Of a DNA stretch of 49,377 nt, positions 1-9,546 are shown one piece after another. The notes beneath the pieces are model-generated. The model was not told the DNA's origin, made no database searches, and saw only the letters and a program-made list of their open reading frames with translations. The DNA comes from Acidobacteriaceae bacterium (lineage in GTDB: Bacteria > Acidobacteriota > Terriglobia > Terriglobales > Acidobacteriaceae). The position numbers and the translations under genes are program-made. Positions within the stretch are counted from its first letter, which is position 1; the number at the start of each line of letters is the position of its first letter. The stretch lies in contig DASRLB010000087.1 in the NCBI GenBank assembly GCA_035648695.1, positions 1 to 49,377 on the forward strand, read 5' to 3'.

Positions 1-2
1 AC

Positions 3-332
3 CTACATCCAATGGTGCTCTACAACGGAGCCATCGAAGGCGAAGAGGCCCGCGCGCTGGAGTTCTCCTACGAGATCCTCCGCATGTGCGTTGACGCCGG
101 AGGTTCCATCACGGGCGAGCACGGCGTCGGCCGCGAGAAGCAGTGTGAGATGAGCTACATGTACGCTGCTCCCGATCTCGCCACCATGCAGCGCGTCCGC
201 CACGCCCTCGACCCGGACAACATCGCCAACCCCGAGAAGCTCTTCCCCACTCCTCGCCTCTGCGGAGAGCGCACGCACGGCGCATACAAGCCGCATCCGC
301 TCCAGGCCGCGGGCATAGCGGAGGTCTTCTAA
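3..332 (+). CDS. glcD: Glycolate oxidase subunit GlcD, C-terminal part (5' truncated by window)
   Basis: Frame reads LHPMVLY...GGSITGEHGVGREK...DPDNIANPEK, the FAD-linked oxidase C-terminal signature; stop overlaps the glcE start (TAATG). Confidence 0.9.
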   Translation, partial: LHPMVLYNGAIEGEEARALEFSYEILRMCVDAGGSITGEHGVGREKQCEMSYMYAAPDLATMQRVRHALDPDNIANPEKLFPTPRLCGERTHGAYKPHPLQAAGIAEVF

Positions 333-1531
333 TGCCCGACTTCGCCTCCATCGTCGGCCCCGACCACGTCACCGAAACGGCCAGCATCCTCACTGTCTCG
401 CCCGCCTCCACCGACGAGACAGCCGCAGTCATGCGCCTCTGCGCCGAGCGCAAACTTGTCGTAAGCCCGCGCGGCGGCGACACCAAACTCAACTGGGGCA
501 ATCCCGTCACGCCACAAGTCATCCTTGATACACGCAGACTTGCTGGCGTCCGCGAACACTCCTGGCAGGACCTCACCGCCACAGTCGGCGCAGGCACCAC
601 ATGGGAAGCGATGGAGTGCAACCTCGCCCAACACGGACAGCGCGTCGCCCTCGATCCACTCTTTGCTTCGACGGCGACAGTCGGCGGCATCATCGCCGTC
701 AACGACAGCGGCGCGTTGCGCATGCGTTACGGTTCCCTCCGCGACCTCGTCATCGGCATGACCATTGTGCTGTCCGACGGCACTATCGCGCGCTCCGGCG
801 GCAAGGTCGTCAAGAACGTCGCCGGCTACGATCTTCCCAAGCTCCTCACCGGCTCCTTCGGAACGCTCGGCATCATCACCGAAGTCACATTTCGTCTGCA
901 CCCCGTGCAGGCCACCTCCGAGACCTGGACCGTGCCATCCGACGACATACACGTTCTCGCGGAGTTGCAGCGCAACTTAACCACAGCGGCCATGAGCATC
1001 GAGAGCCTGCAAACGCGGACTGATGAAGACGGCTTCGCTTTGGATGTGCGTTTCGCCTCGCTCCCTGAAGTCCTGCGCGAACACGAACAGCGCCTCCGCG
1101 AAGTGAGCGGCGGGCTTACAACGTCCCCATCGACGCACGACGTTTGGCAGACTCGCGAACATCTGTTCAAACGCCCCGGCGCAACCATCCTCAAAATCAC
1201 GGCGCTTCCAAATAAAGTGGGCGCAATCCTGCAAGGCTTCAAGAGTCTCTTGCAGAACAGCACCGTCGCCTGTGTGGCCGATGCCACGGGAATCATCACC
1301 GTCGCTCTCGCCGCGGCTCCAACCCAAATCGTCGCCATCATCCACGACCTTCGTGCGCGGCTGCGCGGCGACGGCGGCATGGTCGTCATACTTCGCGCCG
1401 CTCCCGATATTCCCGGCGACATAGACCGCTGGGGAGGTTCGCCGCCCGCCATCGCCGTCATGCGCGCAGTCAAACAGCAGTTCGATCCGGAGCGTTTACT
1501 GAACCCCGGCAAATTCGTAGGGGGCATTTAA
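332..1531 (+). CDS. glcE: Glycolate oxidase FAD-binding subunit GlcE
   Basis: FAD-binding motifs ATVGGIIAVNDSG and GGKVVKNVAGYDLPKLLTGSFGTLGII, C-terminal FDPERLLNPG; lies between glcD and glcF. Confidence 0.9.
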   Translation: MPDFASIVGPDHVTETASILTVSPASTDETAAVMRLCAERKLVVSPRGGDTKLNWGNPVTPQVILDTRRLAGVREHSWQDLTATVGAGTTWEAMECNLAQHGQRVALDPLFASTATVGGIIAVNDSGALRMRYGSLRDLVIGMTIVLSDGTIARSGGKVVKNVAGYDLPKLLTGSFGTLGIITEVTFRLHPVQATSETWTVPSDDIHVLAELQRNLTTAAMSIESLQTRTDEDGFALDVRFASLPEVLREHEQRLREVSGGLTTSPSTHDVWQTREHLFKRPGATILKITALPNKVGAILQGFKSLLQNSTVACVADATGIITVALAAAPTQIVAIIHDLRARLRGDGGMVVILRAAPDIPGDIDRWGGSPPAIAVMRAVKQQFDPERLLNPGKFVGGI

Positions 1532-2970
1532 TGGCGACCATCGACGAACAGGGATTAGCACCGCAGAGCGTCGTCCAGATTGGCGCGCAACACGGCCCCA
1601 GCGCGTTCGACGCCATCCGCGCGCCCGAAGCCGCCGTCATGGACAAGTGCGTCCACTGCGGCTTCTGCCTGCCCGCCTGCCCAACCTACGTGCTCTGGGG
1701 CGAAGAGATGGACTCACCCCGCGGCCGCATCTGGATGATGCGTAAGAGCGCCCAGGGCGACGCTCCGCTCGACCAGAACTTCCGCATCCACATGGACAAC
1801 TGCCTCGGCTGCATGGCCTGCATGACGGCGTGCCCCAGCGGCGTCGAGTACAACAAGCTGATCGAAGACACGCGCGGCCAGGTCGAGCGCAACATCCCGC
1901 GCCCCGTCGGCGATTCCCTCTTCCGCAAGATGCTCTTCGCCACGTTCCCCTACCCGCGCCGCCTGCGCTGGCTGGGCGTCCCCATGTCTCTCTACCAGCG
2001 TTCGGGCTTGCAGAAACTCGTCCGCGCCAGCGGCGCCCTGAAGCTCCTTCCGCGCCGCTTGCAGGCCATGGAAGACCTGCTCCCACCCGTCCCCCTGAAT
2101 CCATTCCACGCACTGCCTCTGACGGTCCTGCCGCAAACGGGCACAGCATTGCGTGGACGCGTCGGGATGCTGAGCGGCTGTGTGCAGGACGCATTCTTTG
2201 CACACGTCAATGCCGCGACCGCTCGCGTCCTCGCAGCCGAGGGTTTCGAAGTAGTGATCCCTCGGCAGCAGGGATGTTGTGGAGCTCTGATGGTCCACTC
2301 GGGCCTCGATGAGCAAGCGGCAGACTTCGCGAAGCGTCTGATTGCGACCTTCGAAGCAGCCAGTGTCGATACCATCGTCATCAACGCGGCGGGCTGTGGC
2401 AGCACGATGAAAGAGTACGGGCACCTGTTGCGCGAAGATCCCGAATGGTCCGCGCGCGCCAAGGCTTTCGCGGCGCACTGCAAGGACATCAGCGAGCTCC
2501 TTCACGACTTCGGGACCGTCGCGCCGCGTTCTCCTCTGCCGATCCGCGTCGCATACCACGACGCCTGCCACCTTCGTCACGCGCAAGGCATTCACGAGCA
2601 GCCCCGCGCGCTGCTCGGCGAGATTCCTGCGCTTACAGTCGAGGAAATTCCGGAAGCTAGTCTCTGCTGCGGCTCCGCGGGCGTCTACAATCTCCTGCAT
2701 CCTGAGACCGCCAACGAACTCGGCGACCGCAAAGTGCAGAACCTGCTTTCCACCGGCGCCGAAGCGGTGGTCAGCGCAAATCCGGGTTGTTTGTTGCAAC
2801 TTATGAGCGGACTGCGGCGCCTCGGTCACAAGGAAATGCCGACGTTCCACATGGTCGAACTGCTTGATGCATCGATTCGCGGACTCAGTCGTGAAGAGTT
2901 GCTCAGGGGTCGCCGCAGCCTCGACGCGATGCTGGGACGTGACGCCGCAGCCGAGCATCTGACACACTAG
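1531..2970 (+). CDS. glcF: Glycolate oxidase iron-sulfur subunit GlcF
   Basis: Two 4Fe-4S motifs (CVHCGFCLPAC, CLGCMACMTAC) and two CCG domains (GCCGA, LCCGSAG). Confidence 0.92.
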   Translation: MATIDEQGLAPQSVVQIGAQHGPSAFDAIRAPEAAVMDKCVHCGFCLPACPTYVLWGEEMDSPRGRIWMMRKSAQGDAPLDQNFRIHMDNCLGCMACMTACPSGVEYNKLIEDTRGQVERNIPRPVGDSLFRKMLFATFPYPRRLRWLGVPMSLYQRSGLQKLVRASGALKLLPRRLQAMEDLLPPVPLNPFHALPLTVLPQTGTALRGRVGMLSGCVQDAFFAHVNAATARVLAAEGFEVVIPRQQGCCGALMVHSGLDEQAADFAKRLIATFEAASVDTIVINAAGCGSTMKEYGHLLREDPEWSARAKAFAAHCKDISELLHDFGTVAPRSPLPIRVAYHDACHLRHAQGIHEQPRALLGEIPALTVEEIPEASLCCGSAGVYNLLHPETANELGDRKVQNLLSTGAEAVVSANPGCLLQLMSGLRRLGHKEMPTFHMVELLDASIRGLSREELLRGRRSLDAMLGRDAAAEHLTH

Positions 2971-3001
2971 AAGGCTCTATGAAATTTGTTGAGGAGACGT
3001 A

Positions 3002-3769
3002 ATGACCGGAGATCGTGAAAGAGATTTGTTGAAAGCGGCAAACATGTTGATGGACGCCCGCCGCACAGGAGACAAGCTGGTGGACCTGCCCGAAGAACTT
3101 CGGCCGGTGGACGTTGAAGAAATTTATGCGGTCCACGGCTTCCTGGCCCGGGCCTACGGCGACATCGGCGGATGGAAGATCGGCGCCGGGTCTGCGGAGG
3201 CCACACCCCTGTTCGCGCCTATGCCCAAAAATTGGATGACCGCCGGCGGCACCATGTTGAGTGGCGAGCGCTTCATGTTTCGCGGCCTTGAGGCGGAAAT
3301 CGCTTTTCTGGTTGGCGAAGATCTACCTCCGCGTGAGACGCCGTACACGCGCGAAGAGGTGCTTGCCGCAATGGCCTCGTGCCACCCGGCCATCGAGGAA
3401 CTGGAGTCGGCGTTCGTCGATCCGCTGACGACGACGCGCACTTGCCAACTCGCCGATCTTCAGATGCACGGCGGCTTCATCTACGGCCCGGCGTTTGCTG
3501 ATTGGCGCGACGTGGATTTCAGCAAGGAGCACGTCACGCTCGCCGTCGACGGCAGCGTCCGCGTCGAGCGCACCGGCTCGAACACTTCCGGCGACCTGCT
3601 GCGGCTGCTGCCCTATCTCGCCAACGAAGGCGCCGCCCGCACCGGCGGTCTGCGTCGCGGTCAGTGGATCACGACTGGTTCATGGACCGGGAATACTCTG
3701 GGCTTTGCGGGCTCGACCGTCGATGTGGAATTTTCTACCGCTGGAAATGTCAGTCTGCGCTTCGCATAA
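3002..3769 (+). CDS. Fumarylacetoacetate-hydrolase family protein (2-keto-4-pentenoate hydratase-like)
   Basis: GWKIG, EAEIAF, PAIE and ITTGS motifs of the MhpD/FAH fold; SD GAGGAG upstream. Confidence 0.8.
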   Translation: MTGDRERDLLKAANMLMDARRTGDKLVDLPEELRPVDVEEIYAVHGFLARAYGDIGGWKIGAGSAEATPLFAPMPKNWMTAGGTMLSGERFMFRGLEAEIAFLVGEDLPPRETPYTREEVLAAMASCHPAIEELESAFVDPLTTTRTCQLADLQMHGGFIYGPAFADWRDVDFSKEHVTLAVDGSVRVERTGSNTSGDLLRLLPYLANEGAARTGGLRRGQWITTGSWTGNTLGFAGSTVDVEFSTAGNVSLRFA

Positions 3770-3796
3770 CATGCAGGCACACGAAAAGGAATCACG

Positions 3797-5407
3797 ATGA
3801 TGAACTTTGGCGAAGGCGTGGAAATCCACGCCACTCTCGCGGACCGTTACAACGACATTCTCACGCCGGATGCACTGGGTTTCGCAGTCGCGCTGCAACG
3901 CGAGTTCAATGGCCGTCGCAAAGAATTGCTCGCGACGCGAGAAGCCCGTCAACTGCGGCTCGACGCCGGCGAGCGCCCCGACTTTCTTCCCGACACCGCA
4001 CACATTCGTGAAGCTGACTGGACCGTTGCTCCCCTGCCCGCCGACCTGCTCGATCGCCGCGTAGAAATCACCGGCCCCGTTGACCGCAAGATGATCATCA
4101 ACGCCCTCAACAGCGGCGCGAAGGTCTTCATGGCGGACTTCGAGGACTCGACCACGCCGACCTGGGAGAACCTGCTCGACGGTCAACTCAATCTCCGCGA
4201 CGCCGTGCGCCGCACCATCACCTTCAGCGACCCGGCGACGGGCAAGCAATACGCGCTCAAGGAAAACTCCGCCGTGCTTTTCGTCCGCGCGCGTGGCTGG
4301 CATCTTGAGGAGCGCCACGTTTGGGTCGATGGCGAAGCCATGTCCGGCAGCATCTTCGATTTCGCGCTCTATCTCTTCCACAACGCGAAGGAACTTGTCG
4401 CTCGCGGAAGCGGTCCATATTTTTATCTGCCCAAGATCGAGTCGCATCTCGAAGCGCGCTTGTGGAACGATATTTTCGTACGTGCCGAGCCCACACTCGG
4501 ACTCACACCCGGCACCATCAAGGGCACGGTGCTCATCGAAACCATCCTCGCGACATTCGAGATGGATGAAATTCTCTACGAGCTGCGAGACCACTCCGCC
4601 GGGTTGAACTGCGGGCGCTGGGACTACATCTTCAGCTTCATCAAGAAGCTCGCAGGAGATGAGTCGCTGCTTCTTCCCGATCGCGGCCAGGTCACCATGG
4701 CCTCGCCTTTTATGCTGGCCTACTCCAAGCTCTGCATCAAGACCTGTCACAAGCGAAACGTCAGCGCCATGGGCGGCATGAGCGCACTGATCCCCATCAA
4801 GTCCGACCCCGAAGCCAACGAGCGCGCCATCGCCGGCGTGCGTGCCGACAAGGAACGCGAAGCCACCAACGGACACGACGGCACCTGGGTCGCCCACCCC
4901 GGCCTCGTCCCCATCGCGCTCGAAGTCTTCGACCGCATCATGCCGCAGTCTAACCAGATCTCGAAGCAGCTTCCCGACTTCAACGTAACCGCCGCCGAAC
5001 TCCTTGCCGTTCCCACCGGAACGATTACCGAAGCTGGTCTAAAACAGAACGTCGCCGTCGGCCTCGGCTATGTCGAGGCCTGGCTGCGCGGCATCGGCTG
5101 TGTTCCGCTCTTCAATCTAATGGAGGACGCCGCCACGGCAGAGATCAGCCGCGCGCAGCTTTGGCAATGGGTGCATCACCACGCCGTGCTTGAAGACGGC
5201 CGCCCCGTCACCGCCGCGCTCTGCGACCTATACATCGACGAGGAACTCGCCCGAGCACGCGAGGCGCATCCACCACCGGCACGCTACGAAGCCTACGAGC
5301 ACGCCGCGTTTCTGATGCGCGAACTCATCAAGACGCTAAAGTTCCAGAACTTCCTCACGGAACCGGCCTACGCCCGCGTGCTCGACCACGAAGTGTTTAC
5401 TGCATAG
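3797..5407 (+). CDS. aceB: Malate synthase A
   Basis: DRRVEITGP, MADFEDS, GLNCGRWDYIFS, GHDGTWVAHP and LMEDAATAEISRAQLWQW motifs. Confidence 0.97.
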   Translation: MMNFGEGVEIHATLADRYNDILTPDALGFAVALQREFNGRRKELLATREARQLRLDAGERPDFLPDTAHIREADWTVAPLPADLLDRRVEITGPVDRKMIINALNSGAKVFMADFEDSTTPTWENLLDGQLNLRDAVRRTITFSDPATGKQYALKENSAVLFVRARGWHLEERHVWVDGEAMSGSIFDFALYLFHNAKELVARGSGPYFYLPKIESHLEARLWNDIFVRAEPTLGLTPGTIKGTVLIETILATFEMDEILYELRDHSAGLNCGRWDYIFSFIKKLAGDESLLLPDRGQVTMASPFMLAYSKLCIKTCHKRNVSAMGGMSALIPIKSDPEANERAIAGVRADKEREATNGHDGTWVAHPGLVPIALEVFDRIMPQSNQISKQLPDFNVTAAELLAVPTGTITEAGLKQNVAVGLGYVEAWLRGIGCVPLFNLMEDAATAEISRAQLWQWVHHHAVLEDGRPVTAALCDLYIDEELARAREAHPPPARYEAYEHAAFLMRELIKTLKFQNFLTEPAYARVLDHEVFTA

Positions 5408-5559
5408 CAGTGAGTAGTGAAAAGTGAATAGTGAATAAAGCGCGGTCGCATTTGTTTTGTTCACTATTCACTACCCCCTATTCACTGCCCTTGTTTTATT
5501 CACTATCCCCTATTCACTGTCCTTGTTTTATTCACTATTCACTATCCCCTATTCACCGT
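5407..5559. repeat. Heptamer (AGTGAAT/ATTCACT) tandem array arranged as one left arm and three inverted right arms
   Basis: 5407-5437 GCAGTGAGTAGTGAAAAGTGAATAGTGAATA, then three near-copies of TTGTTTTATTCACTA(TTCACTA)TCCCCTATTCACTG at about 5452, 5491 and 5523. Confidence 0.9.
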
Positions 5560-5629
5560 CTCCCCATGCATCCCTCATCGCCACGACAGAATCTCACCAA
5601 AAGTCAGATTTCGTCTTTCGAGGTGGCCC

Positions 5630-6592
5630 GTGGCTCGTCCCTATTGGAGTGGTCAGATCCAGATTTCGCTGGTGTCCTTCGGCGTGAAGCTCTTCGTCGC
5701 GACGGAGGCGAAGAGCGAAATTCACTTCCATCAAATTTCTCGCAAAACGGGCGAGCGTGTTCGCCATCAGAAAGTCCTCGCGTCGGCAGTCGAGAACGCG
5801 CCCGACGAGGCCGCCGATCCGGTCGCGAAGGGCGAGATCGTCAAGGGCTACGAGTATCGCAAGGGCGAGTACGTCACTATCGAGCCATCGGAACTCGAAC
5901 ACTTGCGCGTCCCTTCCAAACACACTATGGAAGTGACACAGTTCGTCAATGAAGAAGAACTTGATCCTGAATTTTACGAAAAGCCCTACTTCGTGGTTCC
6001 CGAAAATGACGTACAGGCGGAAGCATTCGCGACCGTCCGGAAAGCTCTCATCGATACGAAGAAAGTTGCGCTCTCGAAGATCGCCTTCGGCGGCCGCGAG
6101 CACGTCGTGGCGATCAAGGCGGCGGGCAGCGACACTCATCCCGGAATGATGGCTTACACCATGCGCTACGCAGCGGAGTTGCGCGATCCGGAAGAGTATT
6201 TCCGAGACGTCAAAAAGGTCACCGTCGACTCCGACTCTCTCGCGCTCGCAAAGGAGTTGATCAAACGCAAGTCCGGAAAATTCGATCCGTCGAAATTCAT
6301 AGATGGCTACGAAGTTGCGCTGAAAGAGCTCGTCGAGGCCAAGGTCAAACACGCGCCGATTCCGACAGACAGAGAGGTCAAGCCCAAGCGCGCGCAAGTC
6401 ATCAACCTGATGGACGCGCTTCGCAAGAGCGTCTCCGGCAAGGGCGATGAGGACGAAGCCCCCGCTGCCAAACGGCCAGCCTCCAGGCCCGCGGAGAAAA
6501 AGCAGGATTCCAAACGCGGATTATCTCTGGTCAAAAGCGCTCCGAAGACCCACCATGTGGCGAAGACAACACACAAGCGGAAATCTGCATAG
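5630..6592 (+). CDS. ku: NHEJ DNA end-binding protein Ku
   Basis: MARPYWSGQIQISLVSFGVKL, IVKGYEY, FYEKPYFVVP and VINLMDALRKS motifs plus a basic C-terminal tail; GTG start with SD GAGGTG; adjacent to ligD. Confidence 0.96.
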   Translation: MARPYWSGQIQISLVSFGVKLFVATEAKSEIHFHQISRKTGERVRHQKVLASAVENAPDEAADPVAKGEIVKGYEYRKGEYVTIEPSELEHLRVPSKHTMEVTQFVNEEELDPEFYEKPYFVVPENDVQAEAFATVRKALIDTKKVALSKIAFGGREHVVAIKAAGSDTHPGMMAYTMRYAAELRDPEEYFRDVKKVTVDSDSLALAKELIKRKSGKFDPSKFIDGYEVALKELVEAKVKHAPIPTDREVKPKRAQVINLMDALRKSVSGKGDEDEAPAAKRPASRPAEKKQDSKRGLSLVKSAPKTHHVAKTTHKRKSA

Positions 6593-6604
6593 AGGCCGAA
6601 CTGT

Positions 6605-9430
6605 ATGACCGTCAAAAAGACTGCCGCAAAGAAGACAAAAACCTCCCCCAAAACGCCTGCGAAAGCCGCAACGTCAAAAGCAAAAACGTCCACCACGAAA
6701 TCCCCGCAGCGGGGCAGTGCCTCGGACAGTGTCGACGAACAACTCGCGCGCTACCGCTCTATGCGCGACTTCCACGTTACCGCCGAACCGAGCGGAGACC
6801 GCAAATCTTCCAAACCCCGCCCCACCGGCGCACTTCCCTTCGTGATTCAGAAACATGCGGCGAGCCATCTGCACTACGACTTCCGCCTCGGATGGAACGG
6901 CGTCCTCAAAAGCTGGGCCGTCACCAAGGGCCCAAGCTACTATCCCGGCGACCGCCGGCTCGCAGTGCAGGTCGAAGATCATCCTATGGAGTACGGCGGC
7001 TTCGAGGGCATCATCCCCAGGGGCCAGTATGGCGGCGGCCCCGTGATGGTCTGGGACCAGGGCACATGGACGCCGCAGCCCGGCTACGAAAACGTCGACG
7101 CCGGCCTGCGCGACGGCAGCCTGAAATTCGTCATGCACGGCACGAAGATGAAGGGCAAATGGACGCTCGTGCGCATGGGCGGCAAAGCCGCGAACGAGAG
7201 CAAACCGAACTGGCTGCTCATCAAAGAGCACGACGACTTCGAGCGCGGAAAGGATGATCCGTGCGTCACCGAAGACTCCCCCAGCTCAGCCGTCACAGGC
7301 CGCACGCTGGATGAAATAGCACAGCAGGAAGACCACGTCTGGAACTCGAAGGAAACCGCTAAGCCCGGGCAGTCGTGGTATCGCCAGGCGCCGCGCTCCA
7401 AGCCCGAGCCAACCGCCCACGGCGCGCCTGATACCAGCCCGCGACAAAGTCCCAAGTCCCCTGCCACTAGGAATATCAAAGCGCCGAAGGCCCGAGACAT
7501 AACGCTGAACCCCGTCTTTGAATCTCTTCCCAAAGAATCTCAACCCACCTTCCTCAAACCGCAGCTTGCGCTCGAAGCCACGAACCCTCCCGACGCGGGC
7601 GGCTGGCTGCACGAGCTCAAGCTCGACGGTTATCGCATCCAGGCGCGCAAAGACGGTGCGAAGGTGCAGATGCTTACGCGCAGCGGCCTCGACTGGACAC
7701 ATCGCATCCCCGCAGTCGCGCAGGCGGTCGCCGCCTTGCCCATCGGCAAAATTACCCTCGACGGCGAAGTCGTCGTCCTCGGCGAAGATGGCACGACCAA
7801 CTTCGCCGACCTGCAAGCATCGTTCCAGGAAGGCGCCCACAACCCGCTCACATATTTCTGCTTCGACCTCCTGCACATCGACGGCCGCAACCCTCGCGAC
7901 CTCGGCCTCCGCCAGCGCAAAGCCCTACTCGCCGATGTTCTTGCAGACCAAACCGACATCGTGCGCTACAGCGAGCACCTCGACACCGGCGGCGAGGCCA
8001 TGTTTCACAAAGCCTGCGAGCTACACGCGGAGGGCATCGTCTCCAAACGCGCGGCGGCGAAATATTCACCTGGCCGAAGCGGCGACTGGCTCAAGTCGAA
8101 GTGCCTTCGCGAACAGGAATTCGTCATCGGCGGCTACACGTTCTCGTCCGAAGGGAACGACCGCATCGGTTCCCTCCTGCTCGGCTACTACCGCGATGGA
8201 ACACTCATCTACGCCGGCCGCACCGGAACCGGCTTCACACAAAAGATGCGCCGCATGTTGAAGACCCAGCTTCACGAGCTGGAAGTCGACCGCGGAGCAT
8301 TCGACAAAGCTCCGGCCGAAGCGCGTCGCGGCGCTCTCTGGGTCAAACCGCAGCTCGTCGCGCAGGTCCGCTTCGCGACGTGGACCGCGGACAATCTGGT
8401 GCGGCAGGCCGCCTTCCTCGGCCTCCGCGAAGACAAGCCCGCGACAGAAGTGCAGCGTGAAGAACCCACCGTCGCGCCTCGCCCGAAGTCCGGGTCGGCG
8501 AAGCTTGTGTCCGCACCGCAACTCGCGGCCAGGGCGATAAAGCCCGCTCGTAAATCGGCTAACACCGACAGCGCGCTGCCCGTCCGCCTCACGCATCCCG
8601 ACAAAATCCTCGACGCGGAAACCGGCCTCACAAAGCGCGAGCTCGCCGAATATTACTGGGCCGTCGCGTCGCGCATGTTGCCGCACATCGAGGGCCGTCC
8701 ACTCAGCCTGGTCCGCTGCCCGGAAGGCTCCGGCAAACTGTGCTTCTTTCAGAAGCATGTCAACCACATGCTGCCGCCCGGCATCGGCGGCATCGACGTC
8801 CCCAACAAAAAGACCGGGCTCATGGAGCCTTACATCACACTCAACACCACCGAAGCATTGGCGGGACTTGCACAAATGGGCGTTCTCGAAGTCCATCCCT
8901 GGGGCTCGCGCAACGACGATCTCGAGCATCCCGACCGCCTGATCGTCGACCTCGATCCCGACGAAACCCTGCCCTGGAAAGTATTGACCGGCGCCGCCGC
9001 CGAGGTGCGTGCGCGATTGCGCAAAGCCGGTCTGACAAGCTTTCTAAAAACGACCGGCGGCAAGGGTCTGCACGTCGTCGCGCCCATCGACCCCGAACAT
9101 ACGTGGTCTGAAGTGAAAGAATTTGCGCACAACTTCGTGCTCGCGATGGAACGCGACAACGCCGCACTCTACCTCACCAGGATGACGAAATCCGCGCGCA
9201 AAGGGAAAATCTACCTCGACTACCTGCGCAATGAGCGTGGTGCAACCGCCGTCGCTCCCTACTCGCCTCGCGCCCGCCCCGGCGCAACTGTTTCACTTCC
9301 ACTTCCATGGAAGGATCTCGACCTTCCGAAACGCCCGGTCTTCAGCGTCAAGACTTTCGGCGAGTGGAAGTCACGGCTTTCGTCCGACCCTTGGAAAGCC
9401 ATGCTCACTCTGCACCAGAAAATCGCGTGA
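6605..9430 (+). CDS. ligD: NHEJ DNA ligase D (phosphoesterase-ligase-polymerase domain order)
   Basis: PE domain (FVIQKHAASHLHYDFRL), ligase KxDG (ELKLDGYRI) and EGIVSKR, polymerase domain (LTHPDK, DLDPD, TTGGKGLHV, YLDYLRN). Confidence 0.97.
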   Translation: MTVKKTAAKKTKTSPKTPAKAATSKAKTSTTKSPQRGSASDSVDEQLARYRSMRDFHVTAEPSGDRKSSKPRPTGALPFVIQKHAASHLHYDFRLGWNGVLKSWAVTKGPSYYPGDRRLAVQVEDHPMEYGGFEGIIPRGQYGGGPVMVWDQGTWTPQPGYENVDAGLRDGSLKFVMHGTKMKGKWTLVRMGGKAANESKPNWLLIKEHDDFERGKDDPCVTEDSPSSAVTGRTLDEIAQQEDHVWNSKETAKPGQSWYRQAPRSKPEPTAHGAPDTSPRQSPKSPATRNIKAPKARDITLNPVFESLPKESQPTFLKPQLALEATNPPDAGGWLHELKLDGYRIQARKDGAKVQMLTRSGLDWTHRIPAVAQAVAALPIGKITLDGEVVVLGEDGTTNFADLQASFQEGAHNPLTYFCFDLLHIDGRNPRDLGLRQRKALLADVLADQTDIVRYSEHLDTGGEAMFHKACELHAEGIVSKRAAAKYSPGRSGDWLKSKCLREQEFVIGGYTFSSEGNDRIGSLLLGYYRDGTLIYAGRTGTGFTQKMRRMLKTQLHELEVDRGAFDKAPAEARRGALWVKPQLVAQVRFATWTADNLVRQAAFLGLREDKPATEVQREEPTVAPRPKSGSAKLVSAPQLAARAIKPARKSANTDSALPVRLTHPDKILDAETGLTKRELAEYYWAVASRMLPHIEGRPLSLVRCPEGSGKLCFFQKHVNHMLPPGIGGIDVPNKKTGLMEPYITLNTTEALAGLAQMGVLEVHPWGSRNDDLEHPDRLIVDLDPDETLPWKVLTGAAAEVRARLRKAGLTSFLKTTGGKGLHVVAPIDPEHTWSEVKEFAHNFVLAMERDNAALYLTRMTKSARKGKIYLDYLRNERGATAVAPYSPRARPGATVSLPLPWKDLDLPKRPVFSVKTFGEWKSRLSSDPWKAMLTLHQKIA

Positions 9431-9509
9431 ACAGATTTCGCGCTGTCTGATCGGTATCCCCGCTCCGACTGCTGCGCGCCGTGCACTGACTTCTATCTCC
9501 TGCTCAAGC

Positions 9510-9541
9510 TGCTAAAATAGCTCTTTGGTTCAAGTAGGAGA
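9510..9541 (+). promoter_or_regulatory. Extended -10 promoter element (TGcTAAAAT) and SD of mmsA
   Basis: TGCTAAAAT at 9510-9518; AGGAG just upstream of the ATG at 9547. Confidence 0.5.
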
Positions 9542-9546
9542 ACTCC

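Noticed and set aside
5452-5559. Possible mini-CRISPR array from three 30-37 nt repeats
   Set aside because: The repeats are nearly contiguous with no unique spacers, are built of heptamers, and there are no cas genes.
5566-5575. TGCATC hexamer upstream of ku as an alternative-sigma promoter element
   Set aside because: Too short, and no matching -35 element or second supporting stress promoter in the window.
5431-5952. ORFs 5431-5952 and 5457-5687 crossing the repeat
   Set aside because: Translations are repeat-derived (YSLSPIH) and overlap ku out of frame.
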